Below, one piece after another: positions 8,986 to 18,684 of a stretch of 64,000 bases of DNA. The stretch lies in UHGV virus genome UHGV-0277504; one strand, 5' to 3'. Every line of letters begins with the position of its first letter. The stretch's first letter is position 1. Origin of the DNA: a virus. The position numbers were made by a program, and so were the translations under genes. The notes under the pieces were generated by a model. It was not told the DNA's origin, did not search any database, and was given only the letters and a program-made list of their open reading frames with translations.

Positions 8986-9498
8986 ATGAGAAAAATTAAT
9001 CCAGTTGTTAAATTTGAAAAATTAATAAGAACGAGTGATGTAGAAAAGGTTAGTAATTACATTCAAAATAATAATTTACCATTAAATGTAGAAGATAATA
9101 ATGATATTAATGCTATTAATAGATATTTAGTTAGTGATGATGGTAAGTTTATTGCTAAATACAATAAAGATAAAAACGCAGTAGGTTTTTATAAAGAAGT
9201 AGGAGATACTGTTAAACATTTAACACATGTTACAAGAGAAGAGCTAGGTAATACTACTTTCACTATTAAAGAAAAAGAATATATTAATTTAGTAACAGAA
9301 GTATTACCTCAAGGAGATATTTTATTAAAAACAAGTTATGAAATAGTAACTATTGATAACGATTCTGTATTAGGTTTTATTTCAGATGTAATGTATGATG
9401 TAGATGATGTTGAAGAGATTATTTACACAGGATTGTCTAGAGGTAGAACTGAAAATGTTATTTTAGATTTTCAATTAGATAAATATTTAAGTAACTAA
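8986..9498 (+). CDS. hypothetical protein
   Basis: ORF track; AAGGAGA SD. Confidence 0.5.
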   Translation: MRKINPVVKFEKLIRTSDVEKVSNYIQNNNLPLNVEDNNDINAINRYLVSDDGKFIAKYNKDKNAVGFYKEVGDTVKHLTHVTREELGNTTFTIKEKEYINLVTEVLPQGDILLKTSYEIVTIDNDSVLGFISDVMYDVDDVEEIIYTGLSRGRTENVILDFQLDKYLSN

Positions 9499-9525
9499 AA
9501 AAATAATTTTTAAGGTGGAACTTCG

Positions 9526-10263
9526 ATGTCAAAAGAATTAGAATATAAATTAAGAGAGTATCCTAATGTTAGATATAATATGTTAGAACATACAGTATTT
9601 AATGAATTTTTAAATAAAGCTACACAAGAACAATTACAGTTTTGTGAGGACTTCTTTAATGATGAAGTAGAGATTTTATTTAACGAAAGTCCAGCGGGAA
9701 CAGGTAAAACTATGTGTAGTGTTGCATGTGCTTATGCAGATTGGTTAAATAAAGGAAAGAAATTAGTATTTATTATTGCTCCAGTTTCAGAAGATTTAGG
9801 TAGTAGACCAGGAAATCAAACAGAAAAAGAAATGGCATATTTTATGGGATTACACGATGCTATTACAGAACTAAATATGGTACCAGAACAAGTTATAACA
9901 GAAATGTTACTCATGGATGAAAACCATAAAGAAAACGACTTAGTAGAATGTTGGGTATCTCAAATCTCTCATTTATTCTTACGTGGTGGTAATTTGAAAA
10001 ATGTAACAGTAGTTATAAATGAAGCTCAAAACTTTAAACGTTCTGAATTAAAAAAAGTATTGACAAGACTACATTCTAATTCTAAATGTATTGTTGAAGG
10101 TAACTATAGACAAATTGATTTAAGACAAAATAATAAATCTGGATTTGAACCTTATGTAGATTACTTTAAATCAGAGAATTATCAAGGTGCAGTATATCAT
10201 CACTTTACAACTAATTTTAGAAGTAAAATAGCACAGTTTGCAGACAATTTTAATTGGAAATAA
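9526..10263 (+). CDS. PhoH-like ATPase
   Basis: P-loop SPAGTGKT, PhoH-like body. Confidence 0.7.
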   Translation: MSKELEYKLREYPNVRYNMLEHTVFNEFLNKATQEQLQFCEDFFNDEVEILFNESPAGTGKTMCSVACAYADWLNKGKKLVFIIAPVSEDLGSRPGNQTEKEMAYFMGLHDAITELNMVPEQVITEMLLMDENHKENDLVECWVSQISHLFLRGGNLKNVTVVINEAQNFKRSELKKVLTRLHSNSKCIVEGNYRQIDLRQNNKSGFEPYVDYFKSENYQGAVYHHFTTNFRSKIAQFADNFNWK

Positions 10264-10283
10264 AAAATATTAAAAAAAGTATA

Positions 10284-10312
10284 TTGACATTTATATCTCC
10301 CTGTTATACAAT
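10284..10312 (+). promoter_or_regulatory. sigma70-consensus promoter TTGACA-17-TACAAT followed by CCCTGT...ACAGGG leader hairpin
   Basis: aaaaagtatattgacat class. Confidence 0.65.
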
Positions 10313-10334
10313 ATATCATACAGGGAGGCTTTTT

Positions 10335-10433
10335 ATGAATAAACTAACAAAGGAAGAAGTCAAACAAATATATACAAGCACTAAGACACAAGATGACAAA
10401 TATAAAAAGAGTAGAAAGATTAAAAGAATATAA
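10335..10433 (+). CDS. possible 32-aa leader ORF
   Basis: GGGAGG SD 7 nt upstream of ATG; below track threshold. Confidence 0.2.
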   Translation: MNKLTKEEVKQIYTSTKTQDDKYKKSRKIKRI

Positions 10434-10447
10434 AGGAGAGTAAACTT

Positions 10448-11029
10448 ATGAGTGAAAAATATTTAACAGGAACATCTTTATCAGGAACATCAACTACAAG
10501 AGATAGGGTAGAGAATGATTATTATGCTACTCCACCAGAGAGCACTTTAAAATTATTAGAAGTAGAGGAATTTAAGGGGAATGTATTAGAACCCTGTTGT
10601 GGAGAAGGACATATATCAGAAGTATTAAAGAAAAAAGGGTTTGAAGTACACTCCAATGATTTAATAAACAGAGGTTATGGGGAAGATAACAAAGACTTTT
10701 TAAAAGAAGGTTTTAGAACTTATGACAATATTATTACAAATCCACCTTATAAGTATGCTAAGGAATTTATTGAAAAGGCATTAAAAATAACAACAGGAAA
10801 AGTAGCTATGTTTTGTAAGATTCAATTATTAGAAGGTGTATCTAGATATGATATGTTTCAAAATTCTCCTTTAAAAACAGTCTATGTATTTACTAAAAGA
10901 CAGAACCCTTGGCGTAATGGTAGTCCAGTAGATGAGAATGGTAAAAAATGGGCTAGTACAATGTGCTTTGCATGGTTTGTTTTTGAACATGGTTATGATG
11001 GAAAACCAACGATAGAATGGTTATTATAA
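10448..11029 (+). CDS. DNA N6-adenine methyltransferase (NPPY motif IV, small gamma-like)
   Basis: motif I-like EPCCGEGH, motif IV NPPY. Confidence 0.7.
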   Translation: MSEKYLTGTSLSGTSTTRDRVENDYYATPPESTLKLLEVEEFKGNVLEPCCGEGHISEVLKKKGFEVHSNDLINRGYGEDNKDFLKEGFRTYDNIITNPPYKYAKEFIEKALKITTGKVAMFCKIQLLEGVSRYDMFQNSPLKTVYVFTKRQNPWRNGSPVDENGKKWASTMCFAWFVFEHGYDGKPTIEWLL

Positions 11030-11037
11030 AAAAAGTA

Positions 11038-11066
11038 TTGACATTGATATAAAAATGATGTAAAAT
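11038..11066 (+). promoter_or_regulatory. sigma70-type promoter TTGACA-17-TAAAAT
   Basis: aaaaagtattgacat class. Confidence 0.55.
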
Positions 11067-11099
11067 AAAGATATAATAAAAATAAAGGAGATTTAAACT

Positions 11100-11789
11100 A
11101 TGATTAATTTATTACAAGGAGATTGTATAAAACTTATTGAAAAATTAGAGGACAACAGTGTTAATGCTATTATTACAGACCCACCGTATAACATTGCAAA
11201 AAAGAATAATTTTACTACTATGGGTAGAGCAGGTATTGATTTTGGAGATTGGGATAAAGAATTTGATGAAATTGCATGGATTGAAAAAGCAATTCCTAAA
11301 ATAAAAAAAGGTGGTAATATTGTAGTATTCTGTGATATGAGACAATTTACACCTATTATAGAAAAAATGGAAAGTTTAGGTTGTGAATTTAAAGATGTTA
11401 TCCGTATGGTTAAGTCAAATCCTATGCCTAGAAATAGGGATAGACGTTTTATTTTTGATACAGAATTTGCATTATATTTTATTAAAAAAGGCGCTAAATG
11501 GACTTTTAATAGATTAGATGAGAAATATGAAAGACCTTTAATTGAGACAACTGTTACACCTAAATCGCAAAAGGTCGATAAAGGACACCCAACACAGAAA
11601 CCTCTATATGCTATGGAATGGTTATTAGAGAGACTTACAAATGAAGGCGATACTATTCTTGACCCGTTTATGGGTAGTGGTACTACTGGAGTAGCTTGCC
11701 AAAAATTAAATCGTGATTTTATTGGTTGTGAATTATCCGATGAATATTTTAAAATGGCACAAAAGAGATTACAATATGGACTTAAATAG
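11100..11789 (+). CDS. DNA methyltransferase, beta-class N6A/N4C (DPPY before FxGxG)
   Basis: ITDPPYN motif IV near N-term, FMGSGTTGVAC motif I near C-term. Confidence 0.85.
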   Translation: MINLLQGDCIKLIEKLEDNSVNAIITDPPYNIAKKNNFTTMGRAGIDFGDWDKEFDEIAWIEKAIPKIKKGGNIVVFCDMRQFTPIIEKMESLGCEFKDVIRMVKSNPMPRNRDRRFIFDTEFALYFIKKGAKWTFNRLDEKYERPLIETTVTPKSQKVDKGHPTQKPLYAMEWLLERLTNEGDTILDPFMGSGTTGVACQKLNRDFIGCELSDEYFKMAQKRLQYGLK

Positions 11790-11802
11790 GAGGATAATTT
11801 AA

Positions 11803-12618
11803 ATGGAATTAAATAAAATTTATAATGAAGATTGTTTAGAGGGTATGAATAAAATACCTGATAAATCAGTAGATATGATACTTTGTGATTTACCCTATGA
11901 AGTTACTGCTTTAAAATGGGATAAGATTATACCTTTAGATAAATTATGGGAACAATATGAAAGAATTATTAAAGATAATGGTGCTATTGTTTTAACAGCT
12001 ACTCAACCCTTTACAAGTAAACTTGTAATGAGTAATTCTAAATTATTTAAACATGAATGGATTTGGGAAAAACAAAAAGCAAACAACTTCATGGGTGCTA
12101 AGTATCAACCATTAAAATATCATGAGAATATATTGGTTTTTGGTAAGGGTAAAGTAAATTATTATCCTCAGAAATATAAAGTGTTAGAAGTAGAAGAAAT
12201 AATTGAAATGAATAAAAAAGAATTAACAAACTTAATGAAAACTAGAGATTATGATAGATTTGGAAAAGTAGACAGACGTAAGACAATTAATAACTCTAAA
12301 AGTAATAAAGATTATTTAGGAACAAAAGTAACTAGAAATAGAACAAAAGATACAGGTTATAGAAATCCTAAAAGTGTTTTGAAAATTAATAAAGAGATTA
12401 ATGGTTTATTACACCCTACACAAAAACCAGTAGCTTTATTTGAATACTTAATTAAAACATACTCTAACGAGGGAGATACTGTTTTAGATAACTGTATGGG
12501 AAGTGGTACTACTGCTATTGCTTGTTTAAATACTAATAGAAATTATATAGGATTTGAATTAGATGAAGAATATTATAATAAATCTTTAGATAGAATAGAA
12601 GAACACAAAGGAGAATAA
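11803..12618 (+). CDS. DNA methyltransferase, beta-class (DLPY variant), paralog of previous
   Basis: ILCDLPYEV motif IV, NCMGSGTTAIAC motif I; KPVALFEYLI. Confidence 0.8.
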   Translation: MELNKIYNEDCLEGMNKIPDKSVDMILCDLPYEVTALKWDKIIPLDKLWEQYERIIKDNGAIVLTATQPFTSKLVMSNSKLFKHEWIWEKQKANNFMGAKYQPLKYHENILVFGKGKVNYYPQKYKVLEVEEIIEMNKKELTNLMKTRDYDRFGKVDRRKTINNSKSNKDYLGTKVTRNRTKDTGYRNPKSVLKINKEINGLLHPTQKPVALFEYLIKTYSNEGDTVLDNCMGSGTTAIACLNTNRNYIGFELDEEYYNKSLDRIEEHKGE

Positions 12619-12622
12619 AATT

Positions 12623-12883
12623 ATGAAAAAACTATCATACAGTTTTCAAAAAGGTAATTTTTGGAGTAAGTTGTTATGGATTGTTGGATTAACATTATCT
12701 CTAATTGTTGGTTGGTGCGTAATTGAGAGTATAGGTTTCTTCTTACAGACAACTGTAGGTACAATAGGATTGTTGTGTATTAGTCCTATTGTAGCTTTAG
12801 GTATTATTGCTTTCAGTATTGTAAAATATCCTAGAGTACGTGACCGAGATAGCTACTCTGACTATGTTAAAAAATACTTATAA
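12623..12883 (+). CDS. small membrane protein
   Basis: two TM helices. Confidence 0.45.
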   Translation: MKKLSYSFQKGNFWSKLLWIVGLTLSLIVGWCVIESIGFFLQTTVGTIGLLCISPIVALGIIAFSIVKYPRVRDRDSYSDYVKKYL

Positions 12884-12895
12884 AGGAGGCATACG

Positions 12896-13951
12896 ATGGA
12901 ATTACAAGAAGTAACTTTATTAACTCCTTTAGATAATTTTGTAGTGTATAAAAACGGAAGAAGGAGAGTTTATGTAAATTGTTTATGTATATGTGGTAAT
13001 AAAATATGTGTCAGAGAAGATTCTTTTAAAACAAAAACAATAAAGTCTTGTGGTTGCTATAAAAAATATATTTATAATAAAGTGAAAAACCAACCTTTTC
13101 CTATAAATATAAAACGTATAAAAAATAATATTTACTATCCTATATATGGTTTTATAGGTTATTATATATCTATGAATGGTAAAATATATAGTGAATTTAC
13201 AGACAGATTTATAAAAAGAAGAAAAAACAAGAAAAATTATGTTATAGTTTCTATAATGGAAAGTGATAAAACAAAGTCTGAGCCTGTATTGTTGCATAGG
13301 TTATTAGCAAAGACGTTTATACTTAATAAAGATAATAAAGAAACAGTAAATCATAAAGATTTTAACACGTTAAACTACTCTCTATCTAACTTAGAGTGGG
13401 CAACACAACAGGAAAATAACAGTCATAGGAATAACGCAAATTATAGTGGAGAAAGAAATAATAAATCCTTTAAATTAAAACCAGAAGATGTTAAAGAAAT
13501 TTACGAATCCACCCTACCATATGAGGAGTTAGAATCATATTACGGTGTTAAAAAACAAATGTTATACAAAATAAAAAATGGCAAGTGTTGGTATGAAGTA
13601 ACAAAAGATTTAAAAAAAGGAAATTCAGATAAAAACTACTTAGACAATGAAACAATTAAAAGAATTTATAAAGAAGAAGGAAAAATAAAAGATATTGCTA
13701 AAAAATACAACGTATCAAGAGAAACTGTATCAAAAATTAAGCAACGTAAAATACATTCCAATGTTACAAAAGACTTAGTAAAAGGAGAATCTACTCACAA
13801 TCATTTCACTAAAGAATTAGTTAAGAGTATATATCTGTGTGAAGGAACGCAAAAGTATATTGCAAATAAATTTAATATCAGTCAGTCAGCTGTATCAAAT
13901 ATAAAAAGTGGAAAAACATATAGTAATATTACAAAATATATTAAGAAATGA
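12896..13951 (+). CDS. free-standing HNH homing endonuclease with NUMOD-like C-terminal repeats
   Basis: HNH_3-like HRLLAKTF..NKDNKETVNHKDFNTLNYSLSNLEW..QQEN; three VSKIK..K.HSNVTK repeats. Confidence 0.7.
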   Translation: MELQEVTLLTPLDNFVVYKNGRRRVYVNCLCICGNKICVREDSFKTKTIKSCGCYKKYIYNKVKNQPFPINIKRIKNNIYYPIYGFIGYYISMNGKIYSEFTDRFIKRRKNKKNYVIVSIMESDKTKSEPVLLHRLLAKTFILNKDNKETVNHKDFNTLNYSLSNLEWATQQENNSHRNNANYSGERNNKSFKLKPEDVKEIYESTLPYEELESYYGVKKQMLYKIKNGKCWYEVTKDLKKGNSDKNYLDNETIKRIYKEEGKIKDIAKKYNVSRETVSKIKQRKIHSNVTKDLVKGESTHNHFTKELVKSIYLCEGTQKYIANKFNISQSAVSNIKSGKTYSNITKYIKK

Positions 13952-13995
13952 GTATTCAGAGTATACAAGAAAATATTTATAAAGGAGAATAAATT

Positions 13996-14589
13996 ATGGT
14001 AAATGAAATTAAAGACAAGAAAGTATATTTAGGAGGGCATCTACTTAACCAAGCAATGGTAGAATATAGACAAAAACAACATGATGAAGTGGAAGGTATT
14101 ATAGGTATAACACCTTATTCTCCTATTAATGATAAATCAATTAATGATAAGGAAAATGCTGTACAAGAAGGTCTTGCAGAAAGGATTCTTAACAATGATT
14201 TTAGAGCTATGCAAGAATCTGATATTTTTGTATTTGATGTATTAAATGAAGGTATTGGTACCATTGCTGAATTAAGTATTGTTCTAGGTATGAAACATCA
14301 AGCAGATAGAACCTTAGCATTAATTGAATCTCAATTACACTATGACCACCCAGAATATTATAATGTACATCAAATTGCATCTGAATCTAAAAAAATATTA
14401 GAGAAACCTGTTCTAATTTACTGTTCAGATATTCGTCAAGGACATGGTAAACCATATAGTGACCCAGACAGAGCTGAATTTAGTACGAACCAATTCGTTT
14501 ATGGCATGATTTTATCATTAACCAATGGCAAAGGATTTATGTCTTGGGAAGAGGTTAAAGAAGAATTAGAATATTTAGGAGGAAATTAA
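13996..14589 (+). CDS. nucleoside 2-deoxyribosyltransferase family protein
   Basis: VYLGG....DIFVFDV.NEG.GT..EL fold pattern. Confidence 0.6.
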   Translation: MVNEIKDKKVYLGGHLLNQAMVEYRQKQHDEVEGIIGITPYSPINDKSINDKENAVQEGLAERILNNDFRAMQESDIFVFDVLNEGIGTIAELSIVLGMKHQADRTLALIESQLHYDHPEYYNVHQIASESKKILEKPVLIYCSDIRQGHGKPYSDPDRAEFSTNQFVYGMILSLTNGKGFMSWEEVKEELEYLGGN

Positions 14590-14590
14590 T

Positions 14591-14893
14591 ATGGATAATG
14601 TATCTAATAATGTAATTGAAAAAGTATCCAATGCATTAGGGTATAGTTGGAGTACTTTAGTACATCAGCAAATATGGAATGGTATTCTATTTTTACTAGT
14701 GGGCTTAGTTGTAGCTTTTGTAATTTATTTACTATGGTATAAATTTAATTTGAAATTAACAACTTCAAATGTAATTATAACATACTTACTGTTAGGGGTA
14801 TTATGTGTATCTTTATCTATATATGGTTTAGCTCATATTGTAAATCCTAGTTACTTTGCACTACAAGAAGCTAAAACCATAATTGCAAAATAA
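14591..14893 (+). CDS. membrane protein
   Basis: two TM helices. Confidence 0.45.
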   Translation: MDNVSNNVIEKVSNALGYSWSTLVHQQIWNGILFLLVGLVVAFVIYLLWYKFNLKLTTSNVIITYLLLGVLCVSLSIYGLAHIVNPSYFALQEAKTIIAK

Positions 14894-14896
14894 GTC

Positions 14897-14930
14897 AAAA
14901 GAGTAATCATTTTGATTACTCTTTTATTAT
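14897..14930 (+). terminator. rho-independent terminator
   Basis: AAGAGTAATCA-tttt-TGATTACTCTT + T-rich. Confidence 0.6.
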
Positions 14931-14962
14931 ATTAAGAAATAAAAAAGAATAGAGGAGACGTT

Positions 14963-15598
14963 ATGATAGCTCAAATAATATACAAGGATATACCTATATT
15001 ACTTGCTATGCTATATGGTATTTTAGTAATTATAGGATATATACCAGCTTTAATATCGTTAGTAAAAGATAAAAATCTAAATGGAGTTAGTAGTAGTTTT
15101 TGGTACTTAATAAGTGTAACTGTAGGTATTAGTTTTTATAATATAATATTAACTGGAGGAACACGATTTCAAGTAGTATCAATATTCTTAAACTTTCTTT
15201 TAGGTGTTGTTTGCTTACTAGTACTTAATTATCGTAAATTTAAATTTCATGGTATAGTTTATACAGTTATATTCTTATTAGCATTATATTTATTTTTAGG
15301 ATTATTAACTAGTATAGAAATTACACAAACAGTAGCTAGTGTATCTATTGTACTAGCTTATGTAGGACAAATATATAAATTTGTTAAATCTAAATCTTCT
15401 AGTGGTACTAATAAATGGTTATACTTACTTATAGGTGTAGGTTTATTAAGTTTAGTTACAAGTATGGTTTTAACTGATGTGTCTAATCATATTATTATAA
15501 CAGAATTAATTAATTTTATTTTAATATTAATTTGTTATTTTATGTCTAATTATTACTATAAAAGTGGGGTAGATATAAGTGAAAGACGAAGTAAGTAA
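14963..15598 (+). CDS. polytopic membrane protein (6-7 TM; possible small-molecule transporter)
   Basis: hydropathy by eye. Confidence 0.5.
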   Translation: MIAQIIYKDIPILLAMLYGILVIIGYIPALISLVKDKNLNGVSSSFWYLISVTVGISFYNIILTGGTRFQVVSIFLNFLLGVVCLLVLNYRKFKFHGIVYTVIFLLALYLFLGLLTSIEITQTVASVSIVLAYVGQIYKFVKSKSSSGTNKWLYLLIGVGLLSLVTSMVLTDVSNHIIITELINFILILICYFMSNYYYKSGVDISERRSK

Positions 15599-15845
15599 AA
15601 CGGAAGTAATTTCAAATAATGAAATTATATTTTTAAGTACAATTAATAATATGTACATTAAAAGTGTAGATGAAGATAACATACCTATAGAATACACTAA
15701 AGATATTAAATATGCTCTATCTATGCCTAATACAATTAATTTTAAAAATTCAACTAAATATTTAACTTTAATAACAAATAAATCAGTAATACCTATAAAT
15801 AAAGTTACAGCTAAAACAACTACTATTACTACAGAAGAACTTTAA
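15579..15845 (+). CDS. hypothetical protein
   Basis: ORF track. Confidence 0.35.
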   Translation: MKDEVSKTEVISNNEIIFLSTINNMYIKSVDEDNIPIEYTKDIKYALSMPNTINFKNSTKYLTLITNKSVIPINKVTAKTTTITTEEL

Positions 15846-15862
15846 AAAGTTCTTCTTTTTTT
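15834..15862 (+). terminator. rho-independent terminator
   Basis: GAAGAACTTTAAAAAGTTCTTC + T7. Confidence 0.65.
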
Positions 15863-15923
15863 GTTGACAACTTTATAAGTAAATGTTATAGTAGATATAA
15901 GATAAATAAAGGAGGAATTTAAA

Positions 15924-16097
15924 TTGAAACCACTTATCACATTAACACAAGAAGAAACTAAGTTATTATTAGACTACTTAGAAACATTACAAGATGATAT
16001 GAGAAATTATGAAGGTATGAGAGAGTTGTATAACCATATACAATCAAAATACAAAATTTCTAAAGGTATTATAGTTGACAAAAATGAATATCTATGA
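15924..16097 (+). CDS. hypothetical 57-aa protein (TTG start)
   Basis: AAGGAGG SD 7 nt upstream of TTG; promoter-like TTGACA upstream at 15865. Confidence 0.35.
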   Translation: MKPLITLTQEETKLLLDYLETLQDDMRNYEGMRELYNHIQSKYKISKGIIVDKNEYL

Positions 16098-16136
16098 TAT
16101 ACTTAAAAAGTAATAAATAAAAAAGGAGATATAAAT

Positions 16137-16439
16137 ATGGATAAATTAGTTAAACTAGTAGAAGAATGGTCTAAAAATAAAGGATTAGATAAGTCTGATA
16201 GTTTTAGACAGTTAGCTAAAGTGCTCGAGGAAGTAGGAGAGGTAGCTTCAGCTTTAGCTAGAGCAGATAAGGAATTACTTGAAGATGGTATCGGAGATAC
16301 TATCGTAACCTTAATTATCTTAGCTCAACAGCAAGGACTAAAAATAGAAGATTGCTTAGCAACCGCTTATGGGGAGATTAAAGGCAGAACAGGTGAAATG
16401 AAAGACGGAATATTTGTTAAAAGTGAAGACCTTAAATAA
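16137..16439 (+). CDS. MazG-like nucleotide pyrophosphohydrolase
   Basis: EEVGEV..A......EE.GD..V.L..LA pattern. Confidence 0.7.
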   Translation: MDKLVKLVEEWSKNKGLDKSDSFRQLAKVLEEVGEVASALARADKELLEDGIGDTIVTLIILAQQQGLKIEDCLATAYGEIKGRTGEMKDGIFVKSEDLK

Positions 16440-16456
16440 GGTTAGATAAGGTAAAT

Positions 16457-16501
16457 ATTGTTATATTATGGGTGTATAAATTATTTATACATTCCATAAT
16501 A
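16457..16501. repeat. 45-bp nested palindrome ATATTATGG-gTGTATAAAT-tat-TTATACA-tt-CCATAATAT
   Basis: read directly. Confidence 0.6.
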
Positions 16502-16512
16502 TCTTTCCTTTT

Positions 16513-16547
16513 CCCTTATTACTTATGTAGTAAGGGTTTTATTTTTA
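16513..16547 (+). terminator. rho-independent terminator
   Basis: CCCTTATTACT-tatg-AGTAAGGG + T-tract. Confidence 0.6.
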
Positions 16548-16562
16548 TATTGGAGGTATATT

Positions 16563-16979
16563 ATGGATATTAAAGAATTTCTAGAAGGTCAACCTAAATC
16601 AGAGTATAAGGATAAACAGAAGTTAAAAGAAAGTATTATTAATACAAGTATTGAGATTACAAAAGTAAACCTAGATGATTTCAGAGAATTAGAAAAGTTA
16701 TTTGATGACTTAAAAGAATACATCCATATTTTAGAAATTAATTATGGTAAAGAAACAAATATAGAAATTCCTAGCCACTATTCAGGAACAAAAGATGTTA
16801 TATCATTTTTAGAAGAGCAATTTACAGCTGAAGCTTTTGTTAGTTCTATGGTGTTTAATATTGTTAAGTATACTACAAGATTAGGTAGAAAAGATGAAGA
16901 GGCAAAAGAAATCAGTAAAATTAAAAACTACTACTTAAGAATGCATAACTTTTTCTTAACAGGTGACTCACTTGGATAG
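16563..16979 (+). CDS. hypothetical protein
   Basis: ORF track; GGAGG SD. Confidence 0.5.
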   Translation: MDIKEFLEGQPKSEYKDKQKLKESIINTSIEITKVNLDDFRELEKLFDDLKEYIHILEINYGKETNIEIPSHYSGTKDVISFLEEQFTAEAFVSSMVFNIVKYTTRLGRKDEEAKEISKIKNYYLRMHNFFLTGDSLG

Positions 16980-17289
16980 CCAAACATTCAATAATTTAAT
17001 CTATCTATGTAAGTCTACCTTTAACAGTTTAAGTAGTTACGATGTAGTAGACCATAATGTTACAACACACGCCACTGACGAAGGAGTTAAAAACTTCTAT
17101 ATAGCTTATATAAGATTAGAAGGTCACTTTATTTCAGTTCAAATTGACTTAGAAAAGTTATTAAATAATGATTCTATAGAAAATATGTATAAATATATAA
17201 TTAAATGTATAAAAATAGAAATACAAAAACACTATTTTAAAACATTTAATCAAAAAATAGATATTGATAGAATGTTAGATGAGGTATAG
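16963..17289 (+). CDS. hypothetical protein
   Basis: ORF track. Confidence 0.4.
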   Translation: MTHLDSQTFNNLIYLCKSTFNSLSSYDVVDHNVTTHATDEGVKNFYIAYIRLEGHFISVQIDLEKLLNNDSIENMYKYIIKCIKIEIQKHYFKTFNQKIDIDRMLDEV

Positions 17290-17292
17290 TAT

Positions 17293-17445
17293 ATGAAAAA
17301 AATTATTATTTTATTGAGTGTGATTGTTTTAGGTTCTTTAGTATATAGACATTACTATAAATCTGTATTAGAACAAGATGATATAGATACTTATTCAGAT
17401 ATTGATTTTAATAAAAACGACCATATACATTTAAATAATTTATAA
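17293..17445 (+). CDS. possible 50-aa small membrane protein
   Basis: GAGGT SD; N-terminal TM. Confidence 0.3.
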   Translation: MKKIIILLSVIVLGSLVYRHYYKSVLEQDDIDTYSDIDFNKNDHIHLNNL

Positions 17446-17568
17446 AAGGACTATTAATTTAGTCCTTTAGTATTTAATAGACGCTTAATGTTTTTGTTAC
17501 TTCTTTGTAATAGTTTTATGTTATATTGGTACAGTAGAAAATTTGAAGAACGAAAGGATTTTTATTTT

Positions 17569-18231
17569 ATGTTTAAAAAATTAGTAGCTCCAATTGTAGT
17601 AGCAGGAGCATTATTTACAGTAGGACACTCAGCAGATGCTAGTGAAGTTAATTTTGAAGATTTAGCTAATAAAGCTCAACATAATAGCCCTGAATTAGTA
17701 CAACATCCAGTACATGCAGGAGCATACGATTATAATTTTACACGAGAAGGTATTAATTATCATTTTTATAGTGATGGTACTTACTTTGGATATGAATGGC
17801 ATAATACTTTAGTAGAAAATCCAACACAAGACCATTTAACACCTAATCCTAAAGCTACTAGTTCTAATACAGTAGCTAAACAAGAACAAGCACCTACAAA
17901 AGAAGTAGTTAAACGAGACGAAGTTGTTAAATCTTATAATACACCAGCTCAATCAACTTCATCAGTTAAATTAGCAAATGGTAACACACCAGGTGCTACT
18001 GGTTCAAGAGTAGCTCAAGAAATGGCTAAACGCACAGGCGTGTCAGCTTCAACTTGGGAGCACATCATTGCTAGAGAATCTAATGGAGACCCTAACGCAC
18101 ATAACCCTTCAGGAGCACATGGCGTGCTACAGACGATGCCAGGTTGGGGAGATACTTCAACAGTACAAGGACAAATTAACTCAGCAGTTAAAGCTTTCAA
18201 TGCTCAAGGTTTATCAGCTTGGGGTATGTAA
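17569..18231 (+). CDS. secreted transglycosylase-like protein (IsaA/SceD-like domain)
   Basis: signal peptide MFKKLVAPIVVAGALFTVGHSADA; C-terminal WEHIIARESNGDPNAHNPSGAHGVLQTMPGW transglycosylase-like motif. Confidence 0.65.
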   Translation: MFKKLVAPIVVAGALFTVGHSADASEVNFEDLANKAQHNSPELVQHPVHAGAYDYNFTREGINYHFYSDGTYFGYEWHNTLVENPTQDHLTPNPKATSSNTVAKQEQAPTKEVVKRDEVVKSYNTPAQSTSSVKLANGNTPGATGSRVAQEMAKRTGVSASTWEHIIARESNGDPNAHNPSGAHGVLQTMPGWGDTSTVQGQINSAVKAFNAQGLSAWGM

Positions 18232-18242
18232 TATAAGTATTT

Positions 18243-18283
18243 AGACTTATGTAATAACTAATTACATAGGTCTTTTTTTTTGT
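18243..18283 (+). terminator. rho-independent terminator
   Basis: AGACTTATGTAAT...ATTACATAGGTCT + T10. Confidence 0.7.
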
Positions 18284-18317
18284 TATATTAACCTTAGATA
18301 AACAATAGATTGGAGAC

Positions 18318-18665
18318 ATGATAATGGCAAAAGTTTTACGATTGTATGATAGTACAGATAAACTACTTGCAACGTCTGAAGAAGTCATTTCTAATTCAGC
18401 ATCTGTTCGTATTGATGACCTTAAACCTAATACATCTTATGAAGAAGGAAGTTTTAAAATTTCTTGGGTTATTAATGGTTCAGAATCAAGTAAAATAGAT
18501 GTTCCAGAATTCAAAACATTACCTACTACAAATGATAATTCAGATGATTCAGTAAGTCATACTTTAACATTTAACATGTTAAATTTTGATGATAATAACA
18601 TAACTATTAGTGAAGAAGAACCAGAAGATAAATCTAAAATTTGGTTTAAACCAGTAGAACAATAA
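18318..18665 (+). CDS. small Ig-like/FN3-like domain protein (paralog of 19720..20010)
   Basis: shared pattern L.P.T.Y..G......I.G.E....DVPEF.T. Confidence 0.5.
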   Translation: MIMAKVLRLYDSTDKLLATSEEVISNSASVRIDDLKPNTSYEEGSFKISWVINGSESSKIDVPEFKTLPTTNDNSDDSVSHTLTFNMLNFDDNNITISEEEPEDKSKIWFKPVEQ

Positions 18666-18684
18666 GTAAAGGGGATATAATTTA

